Shown here piece after piece: positions 55,939 through 64,000 of a stretch of DNA of 64,000 nt. Under the pieces are notes generated by a model. That model saw nothing but the letters and a program-made list of their open reading frames with translations, was not told the DNA's origin and searched no databases. The DNA lies in assembly GCA_035462175.1 (NCBI GenBank), contig DATHUP010000007.1, forward strand, positions 45 to 64,044, in the 5' to 3' direction. This DNA comes from Acidimicrobiia bacterium. GTDB lineage: Bacteria; Actinomycetota; Acidimicrobiia; Spongiisociales; ZC4RG35. The translations under genes were made by a program, and so were the position numbers. Each line of letters starts with the position of its first letter. Within the stretch, counting starts at the first letter, position 1.

Positions 55939-56682
55939 ATGCGCCGTGCACCTCATCTCGCCGCAGGTCTGCTGCTGGTTGCAGCCTGCACCTCGACGCC
56001 CACGCTGATGAACGACCAGTTTCGATCGACGGCTCCCAGCTTCCCTGCAACTCTGCCTGAGGCCGAAACGGCACCAACGCTGCGAGAAGTCGCCTCGATC
56101 CCCGGCGAGTTCCTGGGTCCGGGCTCGACACGCGGCGTCCTTCCCGACGACACCAGCTTCGATGTGAGCTTCGAGCCATCCCGGGTCGAGTGGTTGACAG
56201 GGGTCTCGGGAACGATTCTCGTCGATCTGCCCGACGGCACCTCCCCCGTTGCCGGGACTCTCACCTTCTCCCGCCGTGAGATCGCGAGCCAAGGATGGGA
56301 GGGGGACTCGTATCGGATCAGCGCCGGGTCCGACTCGGTCGAGCTCGAAGTCGACGGCTCCATCGTCGACGCCCTCGGCGCCAGCTACCAGACCGTGTTC
56401 GAGGCAGCCATCGAAGGGAGGCAGGTCTCGGGCTACCCGGTGCTGCAACTGTCCCCGCCGCTTCGTTGGGCTCGCGACGACGAGACCCCCGACCCGATGC
56501 AGGTCAGGTTCGGGAGTTTCCTCATCCAGCGAGGTTGCGGAGAGCTGGCGGCGGCATGCAGCCCCACCCACACCCTGCAGCTGATCCCGGCCGAGTTGCT
56601 CTTGCCCGAAGCGCTCCCCTGGCCCGAAGGGCAACTGGTGTCGATCGAATCGCCGGGGAACCGACCGATCTCGGACCCTTGA
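55939..56682 (+). CDS. Hypothetical lipoprotein
   Basis: 247 aa. MRRAPHLAAGLLLVAAC lipobox. I recognise no family. Confidence 0.5.
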   Translation: MRRAPHLAAGLLLVAACTSTPTLMNDQFRSTAPSFPATLPEAETAPTLREVASIPGEFLGPGSTRGVLPDDTSFDVSFEPSRVEWLTGVSGTILVDLPDGTSPVAGTLTFSRREIASQGWEGDSYRISAGSDSVELEVDGSIVDALGASYQTVFEAAIEGRQVSGYPVLQLSPPLRWARDDETPDPMQVRFGSFLIQRGCGELAAACSPTHTLQLIPAELLLPEALPWPEGQLVSIESPGNRPISDP

Positions 56683-56727
56683 TCAAATCGGCCGTAAAAT
56701 GGCGGCCGGCAGCAAGGAGAACAGGGT

Positions 56728-58470
56728 TCAGAGGCCGAAGTCACCCGCGATCGGCACCCATTGAGGATTGGAGCCAGGCCATGGGGCGCGCCCGTCGGCG
56801 ATGCCCTGACTGAGGGTGTAACGGAGGTAGAACGTGGTGTTGCCGGGTCGGAACAGGCCGGGTGTCTCGACACCATCCTCGATCCCCCAATCGCCAGACA
56901 CGAAGCGGTCACCGGGGTCACCGAAGTAGAACTGACCGTCGGCCACCCCGGTGGACAGGGAGTTGCGGTGGTAGAAGAACCCTGTCGACTCACGGTAGAG
57001 ACCGATCTCGTCGCTTCCGTCTCCGTCCCAGTCGCCCACCACGGGCTGATCTCCGGGGTCCCCGAATACGAAGGAGGCTTCGGCCGTACCGAGGCCGCCC
57101 TCGTTTCGGCCGAGCTCGTTGATGATGTAGAACCGCTGCTCGGACGACCGGTAGATCGAGACCGAGTCGCAGCCGTCACCGTCGAAGTCGCCCGCCAAGG
57201 GCACATCGCCGGGATTGCCGAAGAAGAACCGGATGTCAGCCACGCCCTGGGTGTTGGAGTTGCGCAGATAGACGAACGCATCCGACGTTCGGAAGAGACC
57301 GGGGCTCTCGACCCCGTCACAGTCCCAGTCCCCGACGAAGGGCTCGTCACCTGGATTGCCATAGTAGAACTGCGTCTCCTCGCCCCAGGATCGGAGATGC
57401 CACACCCCGGTCACCGAGTCGACCAAGCCGAGTGACGGCGAGAGAGGACGCCAGGAAGGCGCCCATTCTGTTGATCCCGGGGAGTTGCTCACATTTGTCA
57501 GCAAGCCGGTGTCCACCTCGACCACCCAGACATCCGAACCGTTGGGGCTGGCGTCGAAGGCGATCCTCGAGCCATCCGTCGACCACGCTGGCAGTCGCTC
57601 CGTCATATCAGGTGTGTCGGTGAGCCTCACCGCCCCGGCACCGTCCGCGCCGATCACCCACAAGTCGTCGTCGGAGATGAAAGCGATCCGATGCCCGTCC
57701 GGAGACCACGCCGGGTACATCAGGCGTATCTCACCCGAACCCCCGGCCACCTTCACCGGCTGTCCTCCTCCTGCAGGCATGATCCACAGGCCGGTATGCC
57801 CGTCGCGATTGGAGGAGAAAGCGATCCGCGACCCGTCCGGGGACCAGGTCGGCTCGGCGTCGAGCGAGTTCGCAGTACTGGTCAGGTTGTTCCTGGCGGC
57901 GGTGTCCACGTCCACCGTCCAGATGTCCATCGAGACCATCCCCGTCTGCACCTCATAGGCGATCCGAGACCCGTCCGGTGACCACACCGACTCGGAGTAG
58001 ATCTGGTCGACGAGGCGACGGGCGTTCCCGCCGTCGCGATCCACCACCCAAAGCGCAGACGACGAGCTGAATGCAATCATCGATCCGTCGGGGGACCACT
58101 CCGGGTAGAAGGCGCTTCGATCTGGCCTCCCTGTCAGATACCGGGCATTGGACCCGTCGGCATCCATGGACCAGATCTCACCGTCGGAGGTGAAAGCGAT
58201 ACTGAAACCGCCCGGGGACCACTTGGGGTCGAAGGCGCGAATCCCGAGTCCCCCGGTTAGATTCCTGGCGTTGCCTCCATCGGGATCCGCAGTCCATATC
58301 GAAGCCTGTTCGGGCATTCCCCCGTTGGACACGTAGACCAATCGCTCACTCTCCTCCGGAACGGCTGCATAGGTCGCTTCGGCACTTCCGGCCATGAACG
58401 CAGCCACCAAGGCCGTCAGGATGGAGACAAAGAGCGCGCGCCTTGCACGCAAGATCCGGAACCGATACAT
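56728..58470 (-). CDS. Secreted TolB-like (PD40 beta-propeller) protein with C-terminal FG-GAP/VCBS-type Ca-binding repeats
   Basis: Track ORF 56728..58695. The start is at ATG 58470 (MYRFRILRARRALFVSILTALVAAFMAGSAEA signal peptide, with GAGGTG upstream). Repeated ...W(S/T)PDGS.IAF...DG.N.R.LT... blades are followed by four ~48-aa repeats F.FG(N/D)PGD.P..GD(W/F)DGDG.D..G.(Y/F)R. Confidence 0.8.
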   Translation of the reverse strand: MYRFRILRARRALFVSILTALVAAFMAGSAEATYAAVPEESERLVYVSNGGMPEQASIWTADPDGGNARNLTGGLGIRAFDPKWSPGGFSIAFTSDGEIWSMDADGSNARYLTGRPDRSAFYPEWSPDGSMIAFSSSSALWVVDRDGGNARRLVDQIYSESVWSPDGSRIAYEVQTGMVSMDIWTVDVDTAARNNLTSTANSLDAEPTWSPDGSRIAFSSNRDGHTGLWIMPAGGGQPVKVAGGSGEIRLMYPAWSPDGHRIAFISDDDLWVIGADGAGAVRLTDTPDMTERLPAWSTDGSRIAFDASPNGSDVWVVEVDTGLLTNVSNSPGSTEWAPSWRPLSPSLGLVDSVTGVWHLRSWGEETQFYYGNPGDEPFVGDWDCDGVESPGLFRTSDAFVYLRNSNTQGVADIRFFFGNPGDVPLAGDFDGDGCDSVSIYRSSEQRFYIINELGRNEGGLGTAEASFVFGDPGDQPVVGDWDGDGSDEIGLYRESTGFFYHRNSLSTGVADGQFYFGDPGDRFVSGDWGIEDGVETPGLFRPGNTTFYLRYTLSQGIADGRAPWPGSNPQWVPIAGDFGL

Positions 58471-58594
58471 CGTCACCTCATCGAGTCGCATCTTCACGAT
58501 GACGGAGGTCGGACGCACCCGCCAGAGGCGAAAGGCCCCAACCTGTAGCCCCGGCCTGGACCTCTTCGGCCGCAATGATCTGTGCACCCGTAAC

Positions 58595-59644
58595 ATGATC
58601 GGGCACATCAAGGAGAACCGCATCTCTACCCAACCCGTCATCGAGCTGGTCGAATTGGGCTTTCCCTGGCACGGGCTCGACCCTTTCATCTTCACCGTCC
58701 ATCACGTCGACGCATACCCGGCAGGCAACGATCTGTTGGGCCCCGACGCGTCGCTCGCCGCTCGCCAGATCGGGGCCGATTTCTCCTATCTGGACGGCTG
58801 GAGCATGTATCACGGAGACGTGGTCCCCGGATTCCCCCAGCATCCCCATCGCGGCTTCGAGACGGTCACCGTCGTCCGACGCGGATATGTCGACCACTCC
58901 GACTCTCTCGGCGCCACCGCGCGGTACGGCGAAGGCGACGTGCAATGGCTGACCACCGGGACCGGGATCATGCATGCCGAGATGTTCCCCCTGATCAATC
59001 CGGAGGGGCCCAACCCGATGGAGTTGTTCCAGATCTGGCTCAACCTCCCCCCGGAGTCGAAACTGGTTCCGGCCTACTTCGGGATGCTGTGGGGTGAGGA
59101 CATCCCGACCATCACACCGGCACCCGGCGTGAGCATCGACGTGGTCGCCGGCAGCATCGCCGGGAGCCGCCCGCCTTCTCCGCCACCCGACTCCTGGGCG
59201 TCGAAGCCCGACTCCAACCTCGCCATCTGGCTGATCAGGTTGGCGCCCGACGCGCGCTGGCAGTTGCCCGCCGCCCCCGTTGGGGTGAATCGGATGCTGC
59301 ACTGCTACCAAGGGACCGACCTCAGGATCGGCGCCGACCGATTCGGCGCTCGGGTCGGTGCCCGGCTTCGCCCCGAGAGCGAGGCCAACATCGAGAACCA
59401 CGGTGACCCTGCCGAGCTCCTCCTCCTCCAGGGCAAGCCCATCGGCGCGCCCGTGTTCCAGATGGGCCCTTTCGTGATGAACTCGGCCGAGGAACTGCGA
59501 CAGGCCGTCGAAGATTATCACCGCACCCAGTTCGGCGGCTGGCCCTGGTCCGGACGTGACCCGGTCCACGATCGCAGCGAAGGTCGGTTCGCAATCCACG
59601 CCGACGGGAGGATCGAGCACCGGGACATGATCCCGACCAGCTGA
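58595..59644 (+). CDS. Pirin-family (bicupin) protein
   Basis: Track ORF 58394..59644. The start is set to ATG 58595 (uncertain). ...GFPQHPHRGFETVTVVRRGYVDHSDSLG...GDVQWLTTGTGIMHAEMFP.... Confidence 0.85.
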   Translation: MIGHIKENRISTQPVIELVELGFPWHGLDPFIFTVHHVDAYPAGNDLLGPDASLAARQIGADFSYLDGWSMYHGDVVPGFPQHPHRGFETVTVVRRGYVDHSDSLGATARYGEGDVQWLTTGTGIMHAEMFPLINPEGPNPMELFQIWLNLPPESKLVPAYFGMLWGEDIPTITPAPGVSIDVVAGSIAGSRPPSPPPDSWASKPDSNLAIWLIRLAPDARWQLPAAPVGVNRMLHCYQGTDLRIGADRFGARVGARLRPESEANIENHGDPAELLLLQGKPIGAPVFQMGPFVMNSAEELRQAVEDYHRTQFGGWPWSGRDPVHDRSEGRFAIHADGRIEHRDMIPTS

Positions 59645-60066
59645 TGGCCGGTTACAGCGGCACGCCGCTAGCACAGAAGCTCGGGATCAAGGAAGGCCTC
59701 ACTGTGGGCATCCTCAACATGCCCAACTACTACGAGCTCGAGCTGGGCGAGCTTCCTCCCGATGTCGATGTCCATCGCACCGAATTGCCGGCCGACATCT
59801 TCGTCATCTTCGCCGATCGCTCCGATGAGGCGGAGCGCGGCTTTCAGCGGGCGGTCACCTATCTCCCCGCCGACGGTGCGATATGGATGCTGTGGCCGAA
59901 GAAGAGCTCCGGAGTCGAGACGGACTTGACCGAGCAGACCCTGCGCGACCTGTTCCTCCCCACTGGAATGGTGGACAACAAGGTGATCGCAGTGGACGAC
60001 ACGTGGTCCGGGCTCCGCTTCGTAGTCCGCAAGGAGAACCGGGACGACTGGCCACCCGGCACCTGA
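59644..60066 (+). CDS. DUF3052-family protein
   Basis: 140 aa. MAGYSGTPLAQKLGIKEGLTVGILN...AIWMLWPKK.... The ATG shares its A with the pirin TGA. Confidence 0.7.
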   Translation: MAGYSGTPLAQKLGIKEGLTVGILNMPNYYELELGELPPDVDVHRTELPADIFVIFADRSDEAERGFQRAVTYLPADGAIWMLWPKKSSGVETDLTEQTLRDLFLPTGMVDNKVIAVDDTWSGLRFVVRKENRDDWPPGT

Positions 60067-60122
60067 GCCAGGCTCAAATCAGATATGCCCTTACACTGCA
60101 GGGTGCGTCGAGAGGAGTCCGT

Positions 60123-60257
60123 ATGGGCTACGACCGAGAACTACTCCCTCCTGATCGAGACGAGCCCGAGTCCCGACTTTCCTGGAAGGGTGTCATCGTG
60201 GCACTCGTCTTGATCGCGGCATTGGTGGCGATATCGCTTTACGCCTTCTCCCGATGA
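60123..60257 (+). CDS. Small membrane protein (44 aa), hypothetical
   Basis: This is the tail of track ORF 59883..60257 from ATG 60123. Sequence MGYDRELLPPDRDEPESRLSWKGVIVALVLIAALVAISLYAFSR with one TM helix. The only support is ORF shape. Confidence 0.3.
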   Translation: MGYDRELLPPDRDEPESRLSWKGVIVALVLIAALVAISLYAFSR

Positions 60258-60279
60258 CGAGCGGTCATCCGACCAATGC

Positions 60280-60669
60280 TCAGAAAGTGAACCGGTGAGG
60301 GAGCAGCTCGTCGAGGGTGTGGGCCCTGATCTCTGACCCCTCACCGGCAGCGACGAACACCGTGTCGACCCCGAACTCGGACATGATCTGACGGCAGCGC
60401 CCGCACGGATAGGCTCCCTGGACATCCGAGGCGTCGATGCAGGCAACGGCCAGCTTGTCAATTTTCCTGACCCCGGCTGCCACCGCGGTGTGGATCGCGG
60501 TCGCCTCTCCACAGTTCGAAGACGGGTAGGCGGCATTCTCCACGTTCGCACCAGTGAAGACCTCGCCGCTGTCCGCAACCACCGCCGCCCCGACCCGAAA
60601 GTGGGAGTACGGCGAATAGGACAACTCGGCGGCGGCCCGCGCCGCACCGACCAGCTCATCTCGATTCAC
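60280..60669 (-). CDS. cdd: Cytidine deaminase
   Basis: 129 aa. ...SYSPYSHFRVGAAV...NCGEATAIHTAV...PCGRCRQIM.... The GTG start overlaps the ftsY stop (GTGA). Confidence 0.92.
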   Translation of the reverse strand: MNRDELVGAARAAAELSYSPYSHFRVGAAVVADSGEVFTGANVENAAYPSSNCGEATAIHTAVAAGVRKIDKLAVACIDASDVQGAYPCGRCRQIMSEFGVDTVFVAAGEGSEIRAHTLDELLPHRFTF

Positions 60670-61661
60670 GACTGCTCCAAGAGATCGGCAACGAATTCGT
60701 CCGGGTCGAAAGGGACCAGATCGTTGATCCCCTCGCCCAGCCCGACGAACTTAATCGGTGTCCCGAGCTGCCGTTCGACCGCGATCACGATCCCCCCCTT
60801 GGCAGTTCCGTCGAGCTTGGTGAGCACGACACCGCTGACCGGCACGGCAGCGGTGAACTCGCGGACCTGAGTCAGCCCGTTCTGGCCTCCCGTTGCATCG
60901 AGGACGAGAAGGACTTCGTCCACCTCGCCCCTCTCCCCGGCTGCGACCCGGTGGATCTTCCCCAACTCGGCCATCAGGTTCTTCTTGGCGTGCAGACGCC
61001 CGGCGGTGTCGACGATCACCACCTCGATCCCTTTGGCTCGGGCCGAGGCGATGGCATCGAACGCCACCGACGCCGGATCTGCTCCCTCCTGCCCGGACAC
61101 GACTTCCAGACCGAGGCGATCGGCCCAGGTCTCCAGTTGGGCTGCGGCGGCGGCGCGAAAGGTGTCACCAGCGGCGAGGATCACCCGCTTGCCCTCGGCG
61201 GCGAGACGGGCAGCGAGCTTGGCGATGGTGGTGGTCTTCCCGGTGCCGTTCACCCCGATCACCAAGACCACCGAAGGGTGCCCGTCGAGACGAAGTCGAC
61301 GGTCCTTCTCCCCCAGGTGTGCTCTGAGCTGTTGCCCCAAGACCTGGCGAGCCTCATCCGGGGTCTTCGGGTCGGCAGCCCGGACCCCTGCCACCACCGA
61401 ATCGGTCGTCTCGAAGCCGAGGTCGGCGGCGAGCAACGCCTCCTCCAACCCGGCCCAGGTTCCTTCCCCCACCCCTCCGCCCCAGGCCAGGCGCAACGAC
61501 GCCCCGAGTGCGGCGGCACTGCGACTGATTCTCGACCCTCGATGCTCGATCGCCCCTGGAGCAGGCTCATCGAGAAGGCGTCGGCGGCCCGCGACGATGA
61601 CCGCGGTGAGCAGGACGAGCAGGACCGCGATGACGATCAGGACGACAGGGAGCACATCCAT
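60666..61661 (-). CDS. ftsY: Signal recognition particle receptor FtsY
   Basis: 331 aa. An N-terminal TM segment is followed by an NG domain with GVNGTGKTTTIAKLA, DTAGRLH and TKLDGTAKGG. Confidence 0.95.
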   Translation of the reverse strand: MDVLPVVLIVIAVLLVLLTAVIVAGRRRLLDEPAPGAIEHRGSRISRSAAALGASLRLAWGGGVGEGTWAGLEEALLAADLGFETTDSVVAGVRAADPKTPDEARQVLGQQLRAHLGEKDRRLRLDGHPSVVLVIGVNGTGKTTTIAKLAARLAAEGKRVILAAGDTFRAAAAAQLETWADRLGLEVVSGQEGADPASVAFDAIASARAKGIEVVIVDTAGRLHAKKNLMAELGKIHRVAAGERGEVDEVLLVLDATGGQNGLTQVREFTAAVPVSGVVLTKLDGTAKGGIVIAVERQLGTPIKFVGLGEGINDLVPFDPDEFVADLLEQS

Positions 61662-61679
61662 GAGCCCGCCAACCTACTG

Positions 61680-64000
61680 TCAGGCGGAGAGTTCGATACC
61701 GGCCGAAGTCATGTCCTTTCGGACCACCTGTGACGAGCCACCCGGCTCCATGGTGACCCCGTAGAGGACATCAGCGGCTTCCATCGTCTGTTGCTGATGG
61801 GTGACGATCAGCAGCTGGGCCCTCTGCCGGAACTCGTCGACGATGCGGAGGAAGCGACGAAGGTTGGAGTCATCGAGGGCGGCCTCGACTTCGTCGAGCA
61901 CGTAGAAGGGGCTGGGCCGAGCCTCGAAAATGGCGAAGAGAAAGGCGAGTGCGGCCAGGCTGCGCTCACCCCCGGACAACAGCGTGAGTTGACTCACCTT
62001 CTTCCCCAGCGGCTGCGCCTCGATGAGCAATCCGGAGTGCGGGTCGCCGAGGTCGGTGAGCCTGATCCGCCCTCTCCCTCCCGGGAAGAGAATGGAGAAG
62101 TAACGCTGGTAGGCCTCCGCCACTTCGGCGAACGCCTCCTGGAATCGTTGCTCTATCTCATCCTCCAGCGCTTTGATCACCTTGCGCAGCTCGGAGCGGG
62201 ACGACTCGACGTCCGCGAGCTGGTCGGCGAGGAAGGAGTGACGTTCGTCTAACTCGGCGAACTCGTGGGCGGCGAGCGGGTTTATCGGCCCGAGACGCCG
62301 GAGTTGAGCGGTCTTCTCCTCGAGGAGCCCGGTCAGATCGGCGTCGTGGGGGTAGTCGGGCCGGGCGGCCCCTCTTGCCGCCTCCGGCTCGGAGTCGGCG
62401 TCGCGTCGAACACTCTCGATGACGTTCTCACGCAACATCCGAAGCTCGGTGAGTCGAACCTGCATCTCGGCGACCGTTTCCTTCGCCGCCGCCACGGCGT
62501 CGTGGCGGTGCTCGAGCTCGCTGCGCGCCGCGGAGAGGCCCGCCAGGATGACGTCGCTCTCCGACCGCAACTCTGCCTGACGTTCCCGTAGCCGAGCCAG
62601 TCTTGCCCGGAGTATCTCCACGGCCCGTCCCGAGTACTGCTCGACCAGGTCCAACTGCTCGGTCTCCACCGGTTGCGCGCCGCCACCATCGGTACGTGCC
62701 AGATCGGCCTGGATGCGGGCAGCGCGCTCTTCGAGAAGCCGACGGCGCTCGGTGATCCCTCGCTGCAACGAGGCCGCCTCCTGCCACTCCGAGCGGGCCA
62801 TCTCACGATCGGCTCCTATCTGGACCCGCCGCGTCTCGAGATCCTCCCAGAACCGCATCCTCTCCGCCTCCTCGCCTTCGAGAGACTCGAGGCGCCGGGT
62901 GAGATCGGCCATCGACCGGTCCCGCTCCTCAGACGCCTCCTGCAACGCCGCCCACCTCTGCCGCAGTCGTCCTCGCTCGCCGTCGAGGACGTCGACCGAC
63001 TTCTGGATCCGGCCCATCGCCTCGGACCGTCCGGCCAGACCGGCTTCGGCCGACTCGAGCCGCTCCAGCGCGAGCCGCTCTATCTCACGGCTCCCCTCGA
63101 AGTCGCGTTTCGCCGCGTTGTGCAGCGAGGTGGCGCGTGACAAAGAGGTGCGCGCCTTCTCCGCGTCGACCTCGGCGGCTTCGAGCATGGCGGGACCCGC
63201 CCCGTCGGGGTGGGCGATCTGGATACCCTCGGCGGAGACCAGATCTCCCTCGGGCGTCACTGCCCGCAGCGATGGGTGACGGGCGATCAGCGCCGTGGCG
63301 GTGGTCCATCCCTCCACCATCAGCACATCACCGAGGAGCCGGCAGGCGAGATCACGGTCGGCGCGGGGCCCGAGACGGTCCACCAGGGCGGGAACGCCCG
63401 ATCGATGTGCCACCTCGGCGGCCGGAGCATCGCTCGCGCCCACCGCCGACACGACGTTCACACCACCGCCGCCTTCTCTCTTCACCTTCTCGACCGCCTC
63501 CTCGAGCCGGTCGACACCGCGGAAGACAACTGCATCGACCCACCTCCCCAGTGCCGCGTCGACCGCCTTCTCCAGACCGGTGGGGATATCGAGCCGGGAG
63601 ACGAGTGTGCCCGCCGCGCCTTCGGCCGTCTCGACGGTGCGACGGGCCTCCAGATCGAAACGACCGGCCAGCGCGGCCCCCACCGCCTCGATCCTGGCCT
63701 CTGCAGCCGCCACGGCCAGCCTCGCCTCGGCCAACGCGGTCTCTGCCGTTGCCCACTTCTCCTGATCGGACTCTCGTTGGCGCGTCGCCTTCTCATATGC
63801 GGCCTGGAGACTGGACAGCTCCTGATCCATCTCCCGAATTTCGTCGTTGATCCTCGAGATCTCCCCCGACTCGCTCCCGAGCTGGGAGTCGACGACCTCG
63901 ATGCGATGCTCGATCGCCTCCACCTCCCGCCCGTCGCGCACACCCGCCGCCTGCAAGGCCGAGAGCTCGCCTCGCACCGCGGCCAGGGCCCCTTCCGGAG
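61680..64000 (-). CDS. smc: Chromosome partition protein Smc (C-terminal ~770 codons; 5' end beyond the window)
   Basis: Track ORF 61680..63977 stays open to the window edge. Long coiled-coil sequence is followed by the C-terminal ABC head ...LLSGGERSLAALAFLFAIFEARPSPFYVLDEVEAALDD.... Confidence 0.93.
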   Translation of the reverse strand, partial: PEGALAAVRGELSALQAAGVRDGREVEAIEHRIEVVDSQLGSESGEISRINDEIREMDQELSSLQAAYEKATRQRESDQEKWATAETALAEARLAVAAAEARIEAVGAALAGRFDLEARRTVETAEGAAGTLVSRLDIPTGLEKAVDAALGRWVDAVVFRGVDRLEEAVEKVKREGGGGVNVVSAVGASDAPAAEVAHRSGVPALVDRLGPRADRDLACRLLGDVLMVEGWTTATALIARHPSLRAVTPEGDLVSAEGIQIAHPDGAGPAMLEAAEVDAEKARTSLSRATSLHNAAKRDFEGSREIERLALERLESAEAGLAGRSEAMGRIQKSVDVLDGERGRLRQRWAALQEASEERDRSMADLTRRLESLEGEEAERMRFWEDLETRRVQIGADREMARSEWQEAASLQRGITERRRLLEERAARIQADLARTDGGGAQPVETEQLDLVEQYSGRAVEILRARLARLRERQAELRSESDVILAGLSAARSELEHRHDAVAAAKETVAEMQVRLTELRMLRENVIESVRRDADSEPEAARGAARPDYPHDADLTGLLEEKTAQLRRLGPINPLAAHEFAELDERHSFLADQLADVESSRSELRKVIKALEDEIEQRFQEAFAEVAEAYQRYFSILFPGGRGRIRLTDLGDPHSGLLIEAQPLGKKVSQLTLLSGGERSLAALAFLFAIFEARPSPFYVLDEVEAALDDSNLRRFLRIVDEFRQRAQLLIVTHQQQTMEAADVLYGVTMEPGGSSQVVRKDMTSAGIELSA

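Noticed and set aside
56689-56708. CGGCCG-taaaatgg-CGGCCG hairpin between the convergent lipoprotein and TolB-like genes as a bidirectional terminator
   Set aside because: It is only a 6-bp self-complementary GC stem with an 8-nt loop and no flanking T/A tracts. It is plausible but not supportable from sequence alone.

Overview
This is a 64-kb window of a high-G+C (by eye about two-thirds G+C), gene-dense Actinomycetota-type chromosome. I could not assign a taxon from sequence alone. The backbone is the conserved housekeeping block that, from memory, runs nusA to smc in mycobacteria. On the minus strand it reads nusA-rimP, proS, ispG, rseP, dxr, cdsA, frr, pyrH, tsf, rpsB, whiG-like sigma, xerC, dprA, comM, then yraN, DUF2469, lepB, rplS, trmD, then rimM, KH, rpsP, ffh, then cdd, ftsY, smc. 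Three stretches of variable content break this backbone. (i) About 16.1-22.5 kb lies between comM and yraN and holds an LCP protein, an LLM oxidoreductase, an FCY1-type cytosine deaminase, a DUF222-HNH endonuclease, an enoyl-CoA hydratase, two tiny coupled ORFs and an ABC-2 exporter. (ii) About 25.0-27.7 kb lies between trmD and rimM and holds a DinB protein, a thiolase and a lipoprotein. (iii) About 30 kb lies between ffh and ftsY. It holds a TetR-controlled ABC exporter, a form-I CO dehydrogenase cluster (coxMSL with the AYRCSFR loop) and its maturation genes, ppc, upp, an ATL protein, a cysteine-synthase::rhodanese fusion followed by Xanthomonas/vertebrate-type arginine genes (argF', bifunctional argAB, argC), a tandem rhodanese, a membrane-anchored SUOX-fold Mo enzyme, deoA, etfBA, a secreted TolB-like/FG-GAP protein, a pirin and DUF3052. 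I found no rRNA, tRNA, CRISPR array or transposase. The items most worth a second look are listed here. First, an XdhC-type chaperone with a C-terminal YHS metal-binding domain sits directly after form-I coxL. Second, the PLP cysteine-synthase::rhodanese fusion heads the atypical arginine operon. Third, a 7-bp-periodic CCGAnTA repeat element is present twice, 5' of ispG and 5' of upp. Fourth, a promoter plus strong terminator in the rimP-nusA leader looks like an attenuator. Fifth, a 220-nt structured leader precedes the rhodanese gene. The many long ORFs antisense to real genes are treated as high-GC shadow ORFs. All family assignments come from motif recognition by eye, and no searches were run.
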